From: Takakia lepidozioides
Lineage: Eukaryota; Plantae; Bryophyta
Assembly: GCA_030704615.1 (NCBI GenBank)
Contig: CM060734.1
Span: 28,954,001-29,018,000 of the forward strand
Direction of reading: 5' to 3'
DNA: 64,000 nucleotides
Under the pieces are notes generated by a model. The model worked only from the letters and a program-made list of their open reading frames with translations, was not told the origin of the DNA and did no database searches. Below, piece after piece: positions 63,460-64,000 of this stretch (position 1 is its first letter; each line of letters opens with the position of its first letter). Position numbers and translations under genes: made by a program.

Positions 63460-64000
63460 CTCACATGAAAAATCGTTGTGGGCCTGCTTATCCTCGTGAT
63501 CCTCATCATTTCGGATTTGAATCGTTTCAGTTTGTGTGCCTTTTGTAGAGCCAGACAAAAGGGGGAGGAGCACAGTCTTGTATAGGTCAGAGTCACCCTC
63601 CATGCCAAAAAGGGATCTTCCGCCTGCCTTGCACACATGGTAAGCTCCTCCTGCAACAGACAGGAGGACATGAACAGCTTGTAGGGGGGGGATTAACGAA
63701 GATGAAAATGGTGAAAGAAAACCAAATCTGAAGGGAGAAAACGAACCTGTGGATACCGAGAGGTCGACCACCCGTGCAGAATGGTGGCTGCATGACTCCA
63801 GCAGTGTCTGCATGAACGCTGGGGTTTTCTCCTTTGCACCTCTCCAGGGAGTGCCATCTGGTCTTTTGAGAGTTTGACTGGGCTGCATGAAGTTGTACAA
63901 AATGTCATCAATATGCGGCTCATACGGGGGATTGATGAAACACCCTTGATCAGAAATCTTGAAGCTGCGGACGGAGGATGGTGTCTTTGAGGTGCGAATC
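63460..64000 (-). CDS. C-terminal part of an N6-adenine/N4-cytosine (beta-class) DNA methyltransferase-like protein with a predicted 96-nt intron (63651-63746); 5' part lies outside the window
   Basis: The spliced EKTPAFMQTLLESCSHHSARVVDLSVSTG|GAYHVCKAGGRSLFGMEGDSDLY aligns without gaps to the N6_N4_Mtase pattern QKP..LL..LI...S..GD.VLDPF.GSGTT..AA...GR..IG.E.D..Y; GT...TTGCAG intron is pyrimidine-rich. Confidence 0.6.

Overview
Repeat-dense eukaryotic DNA. The organism is not determined; it is probably a non-flowering land plant or streptophyte, judged from the element families and the host gene. The only clear host gene is an intronless mitochondrial succinyl-CoA ligase alpha subunit (15518-16510, -). 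The rest is nested transposable elements: a decayed MULE, several LINE pieces (two with apparent 5' inversions, one with a 2A-like peptide before its APE endonuclease), chromovirus-type Ty3/gypsy pieces, and a three-level nest. In that nest a LINE is interrupted by a 25-kb non-chromovirus Ty3/gypsy (35304-60559, TSD GTTCG), which is interrupted by a 12.2-kb element (43929-56125, TSD GTGG). The inner element is the main finding. It is a DDE-integrase Ty3/gypsy that encodes a DNMT3-like C5 cytosine methyltransferase between protease and RT and a PHD finger after integrase. Instead of two identical LTRs it has split direct repeats (X...Y-X-Y) joined by a GACAGCTGTC palindrome, and it has a self-complementary primer site rather than a tRNA PBS. 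A second, diverged copy (21700-25083) repeats the PHD and the Y-X-Y 3' end. An intron-containing N6A/N4C-type DNA methyltransferase-like gene end lies at the right edge of the window.
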